Part shown: positions 51,081-64,000 of the stretch, in pieces | Numbering within the stretch: the first letter of the stretch is position 1 | How the letters are laid out: each line of letters starts with the position of its first letter | DNA from: Rhizophagus irregularis | Lineage: Eukaryota | Assembly (NCBI RefSeq): GCF_026210795.1 | Contig: NC_089430.1 | Location: 3,658,001-3,722,000, forward strand | Direction of reading: 5' to 3' | DNA length: 64,000 nt | Notes under the pieces: model-generated | Told to the model about the DNA's origin: nothing | The model's input: the letters and a program-made list of their open reading frames with translations, nothing else | Database searches by the model: none | Made by a program: the position numbers and the translations under genes

Positions 51081-51650
51081 TTTACGAAACTGTAAACCTG
51101 CGTAATATTACGGTTGAAATATTTCAAAAATTTACGAAACTGTAAACCTGCGTAATATTACGGTTGAAATATTTCGAAAATTTACGAAACTGTAAACCTG
51201 CGTAATATTACGGTTAAAATATTTCAAAAATTTACGAAACTGTAAACCTGCGTAATATTACGGTTAAAATATTTCAAAAATTTACGAAACTGTAAACCTG
51301 CGTAATATTACGGTTAAAATATTTCGAAAATTTACAAAACTGTAAACCTGCGTAATATTACGGTTAAAATATTTCGAAAATTTACGAAACTGTAAATCTG
51401 CGTAATATTACGGTTGAAATATTTCGAAAATTTACGAAACTGTAAACCTGCATAATATTACGGTTAAAATATTTCGAAAATTTACGAAACTGTAAACCTG
51501 CGTAATATTACGGTTGAAATATTTCGAAAATTTACGAGATTGTAAACCTGCGTAATATTACGGTTAAAATATTTTGAAAATTTACGAAACTGTAAACCTG
51601 CGTAATATTACGGTTGAAATATTTCGAAAATTTACGAGATTGTAAACTGC
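51081..51650 (+). repeat. 50-bp tandem repeat, ~11.4 near-identical copies
   Basis: TTTACGAAACTGTAAACCTGCGTAATATTACGGTT(A/G)AAATATTTC(A/G)AAAA. Confidence 0.95.
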
Positions 51651-52020
51651 ATATGCAGTAGAACGTATACAAGGGGCATGTGATACTATTGAATAATCAA
51701 AAATAATATAAACACCTTTTCTTTTATATAAACACCTTTTTTTTTAAGTTTGGGAAAGCAAATTTATTTTTATTTACAAATTTTTTATTATTTACAATTT
51801 TTATGTTAAAAATTAAAGTAAATTCTAATTTTTATTATAACTTAATAAAAAAAATACACATTTGATACTTGTTCGCTACTATTTTATAAAATAGTACCCA
51901 GGCTGTACGGCGTGGACGTCAGTATCAGTCACAGCCCAAAAAAACGTGAGTCTCCAGCCGATATTTGGTACAAACTGGGCCTAGCTACTCACTTAATAAA
52001 TAATAAAAAAATAAAAATAA

Positions 52021-52927
52021 TTATCTTCTTCTACGATACGTAGGTAAGTTTCTCCTTGCCCTACGATCATCACGCGTGACTAAAATTGATCAAATTTATC
52101 AAATTTAAAACATGAACGTAAATATTAATTATAAATTTTATTATAGTATAATTACCCGGCCTCTCCCAAAATCTCGTTCTAAATTCACGATAATATCTTG
52201 TGCCGGTACACGTCCACAGCCGCCGCCCAGGGTTACCATTACGATAAAGGACATAGTTCTAAATATCAAAATCAGCACTGGTAAAAAAATGATTTATCCT
52301 ACACATATCTTACACATATTGGGTACTTAAAATGTAGAAAATCATACACAAATAATACACATATCATATACATATCAGGTACTAATATATATATCATACA
52401 TATATCAGGTATCTGATAGGTATACTATATATATAAGTACCCGATATGTGTATGATATGTGTATTATTTGTGTATGATTTTCTACATTTTGAGTACCCGA
52501 TATATGTAAGATATGTGTAGGATATGTGTAGGATAGACCATTTTTTTACCAGTGCAGTTTGAATATTCGGTAAATACATTTAATTTATATGAATGTAATT
52601 TTATTTATTTACTTACATGGTAATCCCTGACGAGGTTCCTCCACTTTTGGCTGCACTGTTGCCCGGAAACCCTCGTTCGAAATATTCTATTTATTCTGAT
52701 TCAATTAAATGGATTGGTTAATTTGAATTTAAATTCTTTCTTAAAGAAATTATAAATATTAGTCATATGAACCTATTGGCAACAGAGTCCCAAAAATCTT
52801 GGCGGCTTCTACCATTAATATTGTGGTAGGCGCGGTTTCTGTCTCGGCGTATGTCAACAAGTTCGTCCATCATAGCCCAGTTCTAATGGACGTTATAGTG
52901 GGAACGACGACGTGTGTGGCGAGGCAT
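52021..52927 (-). pseudogene. 4-exon Myb/SANT-like (trihelix/MADF-type) DNA-binding protein with one premature TAG
   Basis: MPRHTRRRSHYNVH*NWAMMDELVDIRRDRNRAYHNINGRSRQDFWDSVANR|INRIFRTRVSGQQCSQKWRNLVRDYH|NYVLYRNG..FWERP|VTRDDRRARRNLPTYRRRR*. Splice phases are consistent. Confidence 0.75.
52276..52554. mobile_element. Palindromic CACTG (CMC/CACTA-type) MITE in intron 2 of the Myb-like gene
   Basis: CACTGGTAAAAAAATG / CATTTTTTTACCAGTG. 3-bp TSD CAG. Confidence 0.9.
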
Positions 52928-55865
52928 TATTAGATTAGATTTGATTTTTATAATTTGATTTTGGGATGAGTAAAAATTTGAAAGAAAGTCGTAAAATGTC
53001 ACTTTAAATAAAATTTGAACAATACCTCTTTGGTTTGATTTTATTTCTCGTTTCAATTAAAATTTAATTTATTAGACTTTTCATCATTAAACAGATTAAT
53101 TAAATCTCATGCGGATATGGATTATCTAAATATAAATATCATGATTCTAAATATAAATATAAATCACTTAATTTATTTTAATTTTTTTTTAAAAAAAAAA
53201 ATCTTAGTTTGATTTCAATTAAAAATAATTAAAAATCATGTACATGTTTTGGTTATTTAAATATAAATATCAATATATTATATTTAAAAATAAACCAATT
53301 TATTATTAGCACATTCTATTGAATTTTAAAAAAATCAATTTTTTTTTAAAAAAAAATCATCAATATATCATATTTAAAAATAAAACAATTATATTCTGAT
53401 TAAATATTTTGCGTACATTTCTTAAAAAAATCATAAAAAAAAATCTTGTACGTCGTACATGCAATTACTAAATATCATCCCCTCGTGATAAATAAAAAAT
53501 TACGCAACACAAATTCAACACAAACTCAACACAAATTTAACAAATTTAACGAAATTTGGCCAAAATTAATAATTTTTTACCAGAATTATCAACACAAATT
53601 AAACACAAATTGTACACAAATTTCAGTCACGATTTATTTATGTCACACCCGCTGTACAATATACATAATTTTTTAAAATGCAAATTTCTGTAATTTTATG
53701 ATATCGTATTTTCTGGCCAATCAAAATTAGGCTGATCCTTGCATGTGATTTAATCATTTAATCATGCACGCGTTTTTGTCTTATTTATTTTTGTTTCTTA
53801 TTTCTTTATTCTTTTGTTCAATATTTTTAATTTTTTTGTCTCTTCTTTCTATTATTTCTTTAATTATATACAATATGTTTACATATATTTCATAATTTAT
53901 TGCTTTGCAGGTATAGAAATATTTGTTTATTAATACTAATTATTTTCATTTTTTTTTACCTCTTTGTTATTTTGTATCGTAATACTAACAATAATATCCA
54001 TGTTTCCTTTATTCCTTTTTACTTGTACTTTAATACTAACGATACTAACAATACTAACAACATGTTTATTTTTTCCTTTCTCTTTATTTCTTTATTCTTT
54101 TGTTCAATTACTTTGCAGTTATAGAAATATTTATTTATTAATACTAATTATTTTAATATTAACGCGTTTTTTTTTTACCTCTTTGTTACTTTATGTCGTA
54201 ATACTAACAATACTATCTACGTTTCCTTTATTTCTTTTTACTTGTACTTTAATACTAATGATAATATCCATGTTTCTTTTACTCCTTTTACTGTTTCTTT
54301 AACTCTTTTTACCTTAATACTAACAATAATAACAATATTTCTTTTATCTTTATATCTAATACTAACGTTACTATAGCTGTTTCTCTTCTTTTTACTTCTA
54401 ATAATATTGTTACTCTACTCTTTCTTTTTTTTACTTTTATGTATTCTGTATATATTAATAAATACTTGTAATTTTTTATGATTATATCTAATAAAACATA
54501 CATTATATAAACTTATAGTACAGAAAATGAAGTATTATTTATCGAAATATTTTGAAATATTACGAAATATTAAGTTGTGTAAAATCACAGAATATTACGA
54601 ATCATCAAATTATGGAACATTACGCATCATAGAATTTCGAAATATTTTAAAAAGTTGTGAAGTATTACGCAGTAAAATTACGGAATATTACGAATCGTAA
54701 AATTACAAAGCCTTGCATACAGTAATATTTCGAAATATTTTAAAAAGTTACAAAATATTACGCTTACGCAAACTTGCGGCAGGTCTGAAAACTTACGAAA
54801 TATTATGTAAAATTACGAAATATTGTGAACCGCAAAATTACGGAATATTACAAATCGTAAAATTACGAAGCTTTGCATATCGTAATATTTCGAAATATTT
54901 TAAAAAGTTACAAAATATTACGCTTACGCAAACTTGCGGCGGGTCTGGAAGCTTACGAAATATTATGATGTGTAAACTTGCGCAACTTTTCGCACTATAT
55001 AATTTCCTGATGATATACCCTCTCTAAATGCACCCTCTGATTCAGTTCTAAGCTTATATGATCTCTAATTATTTTACCTCTATAAATACACACCCTCTTT
55101 AAATGCACTATTTTTAAAATTATACATATGGTCCCAAAGGTGTGCAATTATGGAGGTCTGACTGTAATTATTTTTAATTATACAAATATATATTATAATA
55201 TATTAATCATTTTTTTTATGATGATATTTGTTCTATAAAAACTTATAACTCTTTTCCATTACTCACTTGATCAAAAATTTCCATCAAGAAATGGATGAAA
55301 AGTATGAAGACTTTTTGCTTTTAGAATAATTAAAAGACTTTTTGAGGTGTTCTGAAGTGTCTGTCGTGGTTTGTAGGTTTTGCTCAGGCTCTTACAGCTT
55401 ATTATTAGGAACGTTATAATATGTCTTAGAGTCCATCAAAAATATTGTAAGATGGCAGTTCTGTACGAACATTTTCCTGGTCTTTCTGAAGAGTTTTGTA
55501 GCAGTGTGTCTGGTTTTTGCGCTCTTAAAGACTAACTGGCCAAGCGATTCACAGGTTAGACCTTTATTTCTGAAAGAAGCCTTTGCTGCGTAGCTCTTAC
55601 TAGCTGTTGTAACGGGTGTTGTTTTCTTACTTCTTTTCCTTATTATTATTATCATGGTTACTTTTCCTACTTTGTATATATTTTAGTTTATTCTTTCTGT
55701 CACTACCTTTTATTTTATTTTCATTATTTTCTTTTTTCCTGTACCACCTTTCTGCACATATTGGAAATTTGAAAAATAAACCAAAATCAGTTTATTCCTT
55801 CTAAATGATCATCCTAGTCATGTGATTGATCTTTTTTTTTTTCTTTTTGATATATTGATCAATTT

Positions 55866-58800
55866 TATTAGTCCAGAGTGAAGCGAAGGACTATATACTA
55901 TTCATTTCAGTTTCACAAATATCCTGATATCTGCCTGCTCACTGTATAAGTTGATGCTTATACAATCGTATTGGTTCTTTCGGTTTATTTATGCATGTAA
56001 TTTTATTTTTTATAAAAATAAAACAACTACTTTCATTTGATGATCACGTCATACTGTTTATTTTTAATTTTTTTAATTAATAATCATTTTTTTTGTTTGA
56101 TTTTAATTAATCATTTTTTTTTGTTTGATTTTAATTATTGTTCAATTTTCTATTTTATATTTGAAAAAAATAAAAAAATTTAAAACAACCTGTAACGAAA
56201 AAAATAAATGTAAAAATAAATGTAATATTGTTTATTTAACCTGAATTTTAAATGATCCATTTATTATATTTTTTTATATATATTCTTTTTATTCAAAACA
56301 ATAAAAATTAAATAAAAATAATTAAGCTCTATGACAACGCGTGTCTTGCAAACAAATAATACAATTCTATCAAGCTATCCTGAAAGTAAGCTGTTCTTCC
56401 TCCGCCTTCCTTTCCTGACCTGCTGCTGTTTTTAATATGTTAAAGTCTATCAAATGTAAATTGTCTGAAATAAATGTCATTAAGAGAACGAATGTATGAT
56501 ACCATGATGAATGTTAGTCCAGCAGTGAATTCTTTACTTCCAATATTGATTTTGGCCTTTGACAACGTCAGACCTTGACTTTTGTGTACAGTTATTACCC
56601 ATGCTAGGCAGAGAGGAACTTGTTGTCTAAAACATATCATCCCAGACTTACCTTCCCAACTTCTTTTAATGGACACTATTGGAACAATATGGTCTCCTTC
56701 TGTTGATATTATGGTGGGTCCTTCATATGCGTTGAACTTGACGAAAACTGCTGCTGGAAGTGATGGTGGACTTTGATTTTTGAACAGGATGTCATGAACG
56801 ATTCTAATCAATCCGTTCACTAATCCTCCTTTGGTCCACAGGTTTGCTGTGAGCATTACTCGAGCTCCTTTTGCCAATAATAACTGAGGTTCAAGTTCCT
56901 TTGCCACATCTGAACTGGCTTTTTTGGCTTCATTTTCACCGGTATGAACTGCCATAATCTTGGCCACAGGTCGCTTCAAAGATCTGAGCTTCTTTATATT
57001 AATTTTGTCAACATCATTTCACGTTGTTAATAAGAATACAGCATCTGAAAATCTTTCACGTTCCTGCTGATTTAGATTCTCTTTGAACCGTATACTGAGT
57101 ATCTTCCAATCATCAAGGCTGCTTTCCCCATCACACATCCTTAGAAGTATGTCACAGAATTCTTTTTGTTCATTTGAATTACCTGTTTGCCTTAGAATTA
57201 CGTCGAGCTTGAATACTTCTCTTATACGTTTATATGCAGCTATACCTTTATTAGAATTTCCGTCTACACTTGTGTTCTTGGAAAATATAGGAACGTCAAG
57301 TACTGGCGGTAATTAACCAAAATCGCCAAGTAATATGATGGATCTTCCTCCGAAGGGCTCTTTGGAATTTTCAGGAAAAGCCTGTCTTAATCTCACATTT
57401 ATTATCGCAAGCATTCGACGTCTGATCATGCTTTCTCGTCTATTATTAGATAAATTACTTTTTGTAACCTTTCTTGTAATTGTTTCAGTTGCCTGCTATC
57501 AAGTTCAAGGTTTTTTGGGTTGCGTATCAGTATGGAAAGCGTTGAGTGTATTATTGATCCATTTATATTAAAGGCTGCTACTTCTGTAGGTGTAATAACC
57601 AGAATTGGAGAATCAGTGTCAGTTCCTGCCATTTTGTGAAGTTTCTGCCGTATCATTTTGATAAGATACAACTTTCCCGTACTAGCGGTTCCCATTATCA
57701 TAATCCTTAACACTTTTGACCTTCTTCCCATTGAGAATATCATTGTAATGTGATTTTATTCGCGGGAATATTTTTTTGATTTTTGTTTAACTTTCGATAA
57801 TCTATTGAATCAATATCAACTTCTCTTCCGTCTAATATCCCAGAATTCGAAATGTTCTTAATGAATTCATCAACACTAGCAATATCGTTATTGGAGTAGT
57901 TTTGTTATGCGTCAGTTATCCAATTGTGATTCTGATCTATATCACGAGAACTAAGATCGGATGCGCAATGTATGATCGCTTTGAAACCCATCTTCACAAG
58001 CCGCATCCAGTCGTACGTATATTGTTCCTCATCCTCATCTTCGTCCTCTTCGAACGGTAGTTCATCTTCACTTTCTTCATTATAAACCTCTTCATCGTCA
58101 ACAGGTTGTTTGAGCAAGTTCTGTGATGCATTATTTATCATATCTATATGTTGATCGTATAAAGTAGACCAATTGATATTGCCGTTTTTCGTAAGTACTT
58201 GCATATTGCAATGTCGGACGTGGAGTAGAACTTTTACTCTGCAATAAGCCTCCCATTGATATCCGTTATGATAAGATGATGGATGAGGCCAGACACGAAC
58301 TATGTTTTCTTTCTTACACTTTTCTATTGACCCCTGGAAAACCTATGCGTAAGGTATAATTCAAATAACGAATAATCTTCTAATTCTTCTGGTCGTTCCC
58401 AATATCTTTTTAAAGCTGATTGAGTTGTACGTCCAGTGTCTTCTACGTTATTTCTACTACCTGTGCCTTGGATCCACTTTAACTCTTCCTCGTTAACATT
58501 TAAATATACAAAGGAACGACTTAAATGATATAGTGCAGTTCCATTAAGAAGATGACAGGTTTCCTGAGCTGATATGTCGTGTTCCAATACGCTGTTGAGT
58601 AGGTCAGTAGGAGTTTCTGAATTGAAGAAAGTGAAGAATTGTCAGGATTGCTGTTGTTAAGAATTTGCTTGAAGATCTCAAAGAATGCCAGTGAACTTGG
58701 TTCCGTTTTACTGGTATATTTTGATATATATTGGAGCGCTGTGTGAATGCTAAGAATAGGCTTTAAAGCCACATTTGCATCCCTGTAGCTGTATTCTGTT

Positions 58801-60980
58801 ATGTGGATTAATGTAAGGATCATTTCTTGCCGTAAGTAATTCTGGCTGCCCATTTTTATTATCACGTATTAATGTGCTTTCAATATGTTCTTTAGGGTAC
58901 CTAAATTGACATGTTTGCACTTCTTCACGATTTGTGTGTATGCAGTACGATGGGCTACATCTCGTGTGATGCTGAAGTTTGTTGATTAATTCAATATAAT
59001 CTTGTAAGCCGTCATCAATTTTGCTGCTATCTTTTTGGCATGGGTGCTTCTCAGGTATGGGTGCATGTATTACTGGATTTATTGTGGTGACTATAGAATC
59101 GATGTAATCAATTACATTTTTCATCTCTTCTTCATTGTTTTTTAAATCCTTCCATTCAATAGTGAGTGCATTGCGTTTCTTTCCAATACCGTGCATGTGG
59201 ATGCTCTCTCTGTGCTGCCATTCATACCGAAACCACCAGTCCTCAAGGTCCCATTTTTCCTTAAGCACATCATTAAAAAAACTTTCAAATCATTTGGTAA
59301 AGAACCAAGCCGTGATATGAGAGTTATTGATAACTTTTGATTGAGTGTCTTCATCATCTAGCATGAGTCGATGAAGGTTAGGCCAGTGAAAGTCTGCCGC
59401 GCTGAAATTATAAAATATTAAACTTTTGTGTCCTATTTGCTTTATCATGTCTGTAAGTTCACCACGTCTTGCTATCCAAAATTGCCTTGTCCCTCTTAGC
59501 CCTTTACCGTATCTCATTATTCTGTCTGCTAATTGTTAATCTCCATTGGATATCATCTCTAGAATGTTGGAAACGTCAAGCTATTTTTCGCTTAAATTCT
59601 GTCAGACGTATACCTTTTCTTCTTACATAGCTAGTCATCGCATCATAGAATTTAATGCGAAGTAGTTCCATCTCAAGTGACGTTCAAATCATCCATCTTT
59701 GATTCAGAGTAAGTGTTTAAAATACTCTGCTAGCTTGATATCTCGTAAACGATTGGATCTGAGATTAGCTTTTCTGTATAGATATAGAGTCAGAAACGCC
59801 CTCGCAATATACCTGGTGTTTGGAATTCGTTTATTGGACTTTTATCGATCTCAGGCCACAATACTAGTTGCTCGTTACTTTGTATGCGATCAAGTGTGTC
59901 GTTAATAATGGCATTTTCTTTTTACATTGTAAGGTATGGCAGGCACAAATGAACGAGTTATTGCGTGCATTTCGTCATGCCGTTTTTCCGTTTTTTGTTT
60001 CAAATATCATCCATCTCATCGATTATTTGGTCAGATTTTATCTGATGTATCTGATTAATGATAGAACCATTTTGAGGTAATGATTTAAGTATTTCATCGT
60101 CAATGATTATATCTTCATAATAAGGGTTATTTGCTTTTAACCAATATAGCGCTTTTGCTATTTTTTTGCGGTGTATGATGAAATCTCTAAATCCTGATAT
60201 GTCGTTTGCTAATTTTCGTCGCACTACTAGAACGTCTAATGATGAAGGATTTCGTGGAAGGTGCCTTGTGAACTCCCGAACGTCATGCAGAAAATTAATC
60301 ACATTGCCTTTGTAGCCGTTTTGTCCACCTCGTAATCGATATACTGACATCACCATAAAAACCTGCGCAATGAGCATTTCTTCGATATTGGTAAGTCCCT
60401 GAAGTTCATCAGGAACCTCGCCTGGGTCCATGTTATTATCTGCAAAAAATTTTTTTGGTATCTTTTTGTCATTGTAGCAATGACGATACTTGCCCATGAT
60501 GAGAGTCATATCGGGGATCCATTCGTTATATTCGAGGCAAGTATTATACTGAATGTTATCCATTTTGTTACGAAATTTCTGCAATACTTTGTGATCATCC
60601 TCGCTAATAGTAGTAGACGATGTTGACCTGACATGCATGTTTCTATTATTAAGCTCTCTTTGAATATGTTCATTATCATTTGGTTTGTTTATTTGCTAAT
60701 CTTGTAGTTGATTCTTATTATGAGCTCTCAACACGTGTTTACGATTACTTTCATGTGCTAAGCGAATAACACGTTCATCATCCTTTTCCATTTCTTTTTT
60801 ATTATTTCTTCTTTTGCGAAGACTTTCTAGATGTTCATTACGTTTATTTTCACTTTCTTTCACTCACTTTTGACATTTTCTTTCACTTTCTCGATTTAGT
60901 CAAGCTTGCCTTTGTTCTGACGTCTCCTGTGCTTTAGCTTTTTGCTTTCGAATCATTTTGGGATTAACGTTTTCATATGT
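55866..60980 (-). mobile_element. Degenerate Helitron2/Helentron-type element: DUF6570-like region, HUH Rep, PIF1 helicase
   Basis: MDPGEVPDELQGLTNIEEMLIA..GYKGNVINF. FRYEWQHRESIHMHG (HUH). YISKYTSK (Y2). GTASTGK, IIDEK, GDFG*LPPV, TVHKSQGLTL. Many stops. Terminal stem-loop TAGTCC..GGACTA at 55869-55893. Confidence 0.85.
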
Positions 60981-61211
60981 ATTGTCTGACATTTCTCAAA
61001 ATATTTGATCTTTATAATCAAATTTACCATTTCTTAAAAAAAAAATTCCAATCTTTATATTTTTGTAGAATTTTACTTTATAAGCTTTGCAATCTATCAA
61101 GAACAATCCATCTGTGCGCCATTGAGAAAATGACTGTCAAGAACAATCCATTCATGTGGCATTGAGAAAATGACCAATGTTATAGCTAAATCGAGAATAA
61201 TTAGTTTAAAT

Positions 61212-61747
61212 CACAGGTCGAAAAGTGAAAAATCAGGCACCAATCGGTTACCAATCAGGTAGCTGATTGGTGACTGATTGGTGACCGATTGATGACTGAT
61301 TGGCATTTTCGCCAAATACTGTCACCAATTAAACAGTTTGCTAACTTTTGATCCAGTGATCAGAAAAGGATGAAATATAGCTCATTGGAATCGTCTTAAC
61401 AAGACGAATCTAATGGTAGTAAAATCGCATTTCTAGGAGTAATACTTGATGAGAAATTAAGTAAAATATAAAAATAAAAATGTATCATTTATATTTTATT
61501 TAATTTTTTATTAACTATTAATCCTAGAAATGCGATTTTACTACCATTAGATTCGTCTTGTTGAGACGATTCCAATGAGCTATATTTCATCCTTTTCTGA
61601 TCACTGGATCAAAAGTTAGCAAACTGCCTGATTGGTGATGGTATTTGGCGAAAATGCCAATCAGTCACCAATCGGTCACCAATTAGGTACCTGATTGGTG
61701 ACTGATTGGTGACGATTGATGCCTGATTTTTCACTTTTCGACCTGTG
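61212..61747. mobile_element. Foldback (almost fully palindromic) CACAG-ended MITE
   Basis: CACAGGTCGAAAAGTGAAAAATCAGGCA.. arms of ~250 bp. 3-bp TSD AAT. Confidence 0.9.
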
Positions 61748-63846
61748 AATGATGTACACACTTATTGTTATTCTTTATTGTTGTTCTCTACATTGTTATT
61801 AGGTAATTTATTACATATAAAAAAACATTTACATTTTATTCATTGAAGACATTTTGATCTTATATTTTTCGCTTTATTTGATAGTGATTTGAATTGAATT
61901 AATATTACAAACGTTGAATTTTAATTATTTTGACTTTTTTTTTCGAATACTTATAAATAAATTTTTATTTTTGTAAAACTCGTGGCTTATCATCATATTA
62001 CATTTGTACGAAATATGGTTATTCGTGGCTTATAATATAAACCTCGTGGCTAATTTATTAACATATTATATAAATAATTAATTAGACTAGCTATTTTGTT
62101 ACGTTCGTTAACTACCTTCTGCTTCAATCAAATTTATCTGTGTTTAGTTAAATTTACCTATGTTTAATTAAGTCGCTTTTCGCTCTGGACTCCCAATAGT
62201 TCCTGTTCCCTAGTTATATAATTGATCACGTTTTCTTTCCTTATTTGGATAAACTATTGGACTTGGATTATTTGATTTTTCCTTTTGGCTTTATTACCTC
62301 TACTACCGATATTAGAATAGTTTTGTTTTTTACTAACTCTTTGTAGTCAGTACTGGTCACTAGGCTTCTACATCTTCCACCCTATTTGCACCATAGTTTT
62401 ATGATCAAAATTTTGTGACATATAGTTCATCACACGTTTAATTGGATATAGCATCTGAGATCTAGAGTTCGTAACAGCTTCTTCTTTTATTTTATTTTTC
62501 TGGTGTTTGTAATAGTAGTTTTATTGTTATGTTATGTTCTTTTTTTGTAATCCAGTCCATGTTTCTTTTTGTGTGTTTTTATTTTATTCCTTTTTGAATT
62601 TCATTTTTGCTCAATTAGGTATTTATCTATGAGCTTCTTAACCTTATGTAATAGTTATTCTTTATAGTTTATCTTTTTTTCTACTCCCTTTACGTAATTT
62701 ATGTAAAGATTAATGGCATGTTTAAATTTACCAGTTGTCCACTCCTATTTGGCATTTTTTACAAAAGTTAAGTAGGAAGTAAATCTTATGTACAGTAGCG
62801 TTTACTTTATTTGAAATATAGCTTAGAGGACGACACTTTGGATTATTTAGTCTGTAGTCTTTAGTTTTACTTTAGTTTATTTTCTGAATAGTTTGTAGTG
62901 ATACTGTTATGTTGCTCTTACTTTTGTATCGTGCTATTTTAATGTTTATTTGTTTAATATTGAAATTCACTACTTAAATAAAATTTGTGACTATCATGAA
63001 TTGTTTGCATAGTTTTTGACCAGTGTTATTTTTGTAATTTTTATTTTTCAAAAAGGAAATTTTCGAATAATTATAAGTGTTGTAATATTACAACACTTTA
63101 ACTTTAAAAGTAGTACTAATAGGTTGCAACCCTTACTATTACAACACAAGATAGTAATTATCAATTATATATTACATTTTTAATATTGGCATCTATCAAT
63201 TCCTCATATAAAAAATCAAAATGATATAAATTTTTTATTTTCAAAAATTGGTTAATGCTTGCAAGAATTTCTTACGCCAATAATATTAAAAATGCATCAT
63301 AATGAGATGAATCAATCCTTATATTATGTGGCAAACCAGTTAATTTAAGATGTTGACGTACATGAGGTAAATTGTTAAGTAGATTTATTATGAGTATTTT
63401 ACATACAAATTTATTAATAATTACTAATAAACAATTTATCATATAGTGCAAAACCTCTATACTCAACTACTTATGTATAGTAACAATTGATTGATTATAA
63501 ATTCTTAAAAAAAAATTTTTTTATATTAAAGTAAAAAATTTAACCAATAATTTTTATAGATATGACTATTAGCTTTAAAAATTATCAGTTATTTTTTTTC
63601 TAAATTAAATTTTGGCTGAGTTTTAGCTGTTTAAAAATCTGTAATTTAAATATATTGATTAAATTTAGTCAAAATTGAGACTAATTTAAATTTTTGTATT
63701 ACAGGTTTTTTTAATCATATTAGTGTTCATCTGTTGTCTACGACAACAGTTAATATGTAATTCCGGCCAGAATTAAAAGATCTGCAAAGAATTTCCTTTT
63801 TTGGAAATTTGAGCAACACAATTTTTTTAATTTCTCTGAAAAGTAA

Positions 63847-64000
63847 GGGCGATGACATTTATTACGTAATATTTTAGGGGTGGGGGTCACGAAAAATCTT
63901 ACGTTAATATGGATCACGTGATATCATTAAAAGTATATAACCGATTTAGTGGCTTAGAATTTATTAGTCATTTGTGTTACTATGGTTTCCCACGTTAACA
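63847..64000. mobile_element. Possible left end of a Harbinger-type MITE
   Basis: TAA|GGGCGATGACATTTATTACGTAAT..GGGGTGGGGG resembles the termini of the 6725 family. The other end is not seen. Confidence 0.3.

Larger units (their letters stand above)
50874..55012. mobile_element. 4.1-kb TIR element with long subterminal arrays carrying a Myb/SANT-like gene; no transposase
   Basis: TIR CATCAGGAAATTTTATAGCGCGAAAAATTGCGTAAGTTTAC / GTAAACTTGCGCAACTTTTCGCACTATATAATTTCCTGATG, flanked by TATAT/ATATA. Related arrays in inverted orientation at 50900-51650 and 54540-54980. Confidence 0.85.
50827..55164. mobile_element. Pogo-like MITE (TA TSD) expanded by a nested insertion
   Basis: TA|CAGTCAGACCTCTATAATTGCAC ... 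GTGCAATTATGGAGGTCTGACTG|TA. Confidence 0.88.

Noticed and set aside
51081..51650. CRISPR-like regular array
   Set aside because: Units are contiguous 50-bp repeats with no unique spacers. The context is eukaryotic and no cas genes are present.

Overview
Very AT-rich eukaryotic DNA with short GT-AG spliceosomal introns. The composition and repeat content suggest a Glomeromycotina (Rhizophagus-like) fungus, which is inference. The window is almost entirely nested mobile DNA. (i) A decayed LINE (RT, RNase H, CCHC) at 1-5610 is split by a hAT-like non-autonomous element. (ii) A pogo-like element at 6046-7910 carries nested MITEs. (iii) A giant TA-flanked DNA transposon spans 8248-47757, with CTTT(A/G)C(A/T)GAAA ends and a CMC/EnSpm(Plavaka)-like transposase. 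A 15-kb relative (29120-44350) has jumped, inverted, into that transposase. Both carry spliced cargo genes of one unnamed 'LFLR(T/S)R' domain family. (iv) A Russian-doll stack of MITEs at 48.7-55.2 kb hides a spliced Myb/SANT-like (trihelix) gene. (v) A decayed Helentron-type Rep/PIF1 element lies at 55.9-61 kb. The most unusual signal is a set of tandem non-coding arrays of micro-exon/intron units in which the 5' splice site and the branch point each sit inside their own hairpin. These arrays occur with unrelated sequence in several unrelated transposons. One of them splices a captured DIRS reverse-transcriptase fragment to its RNase H fragment. All calls come from reading the sequence by eye; no searches were run.
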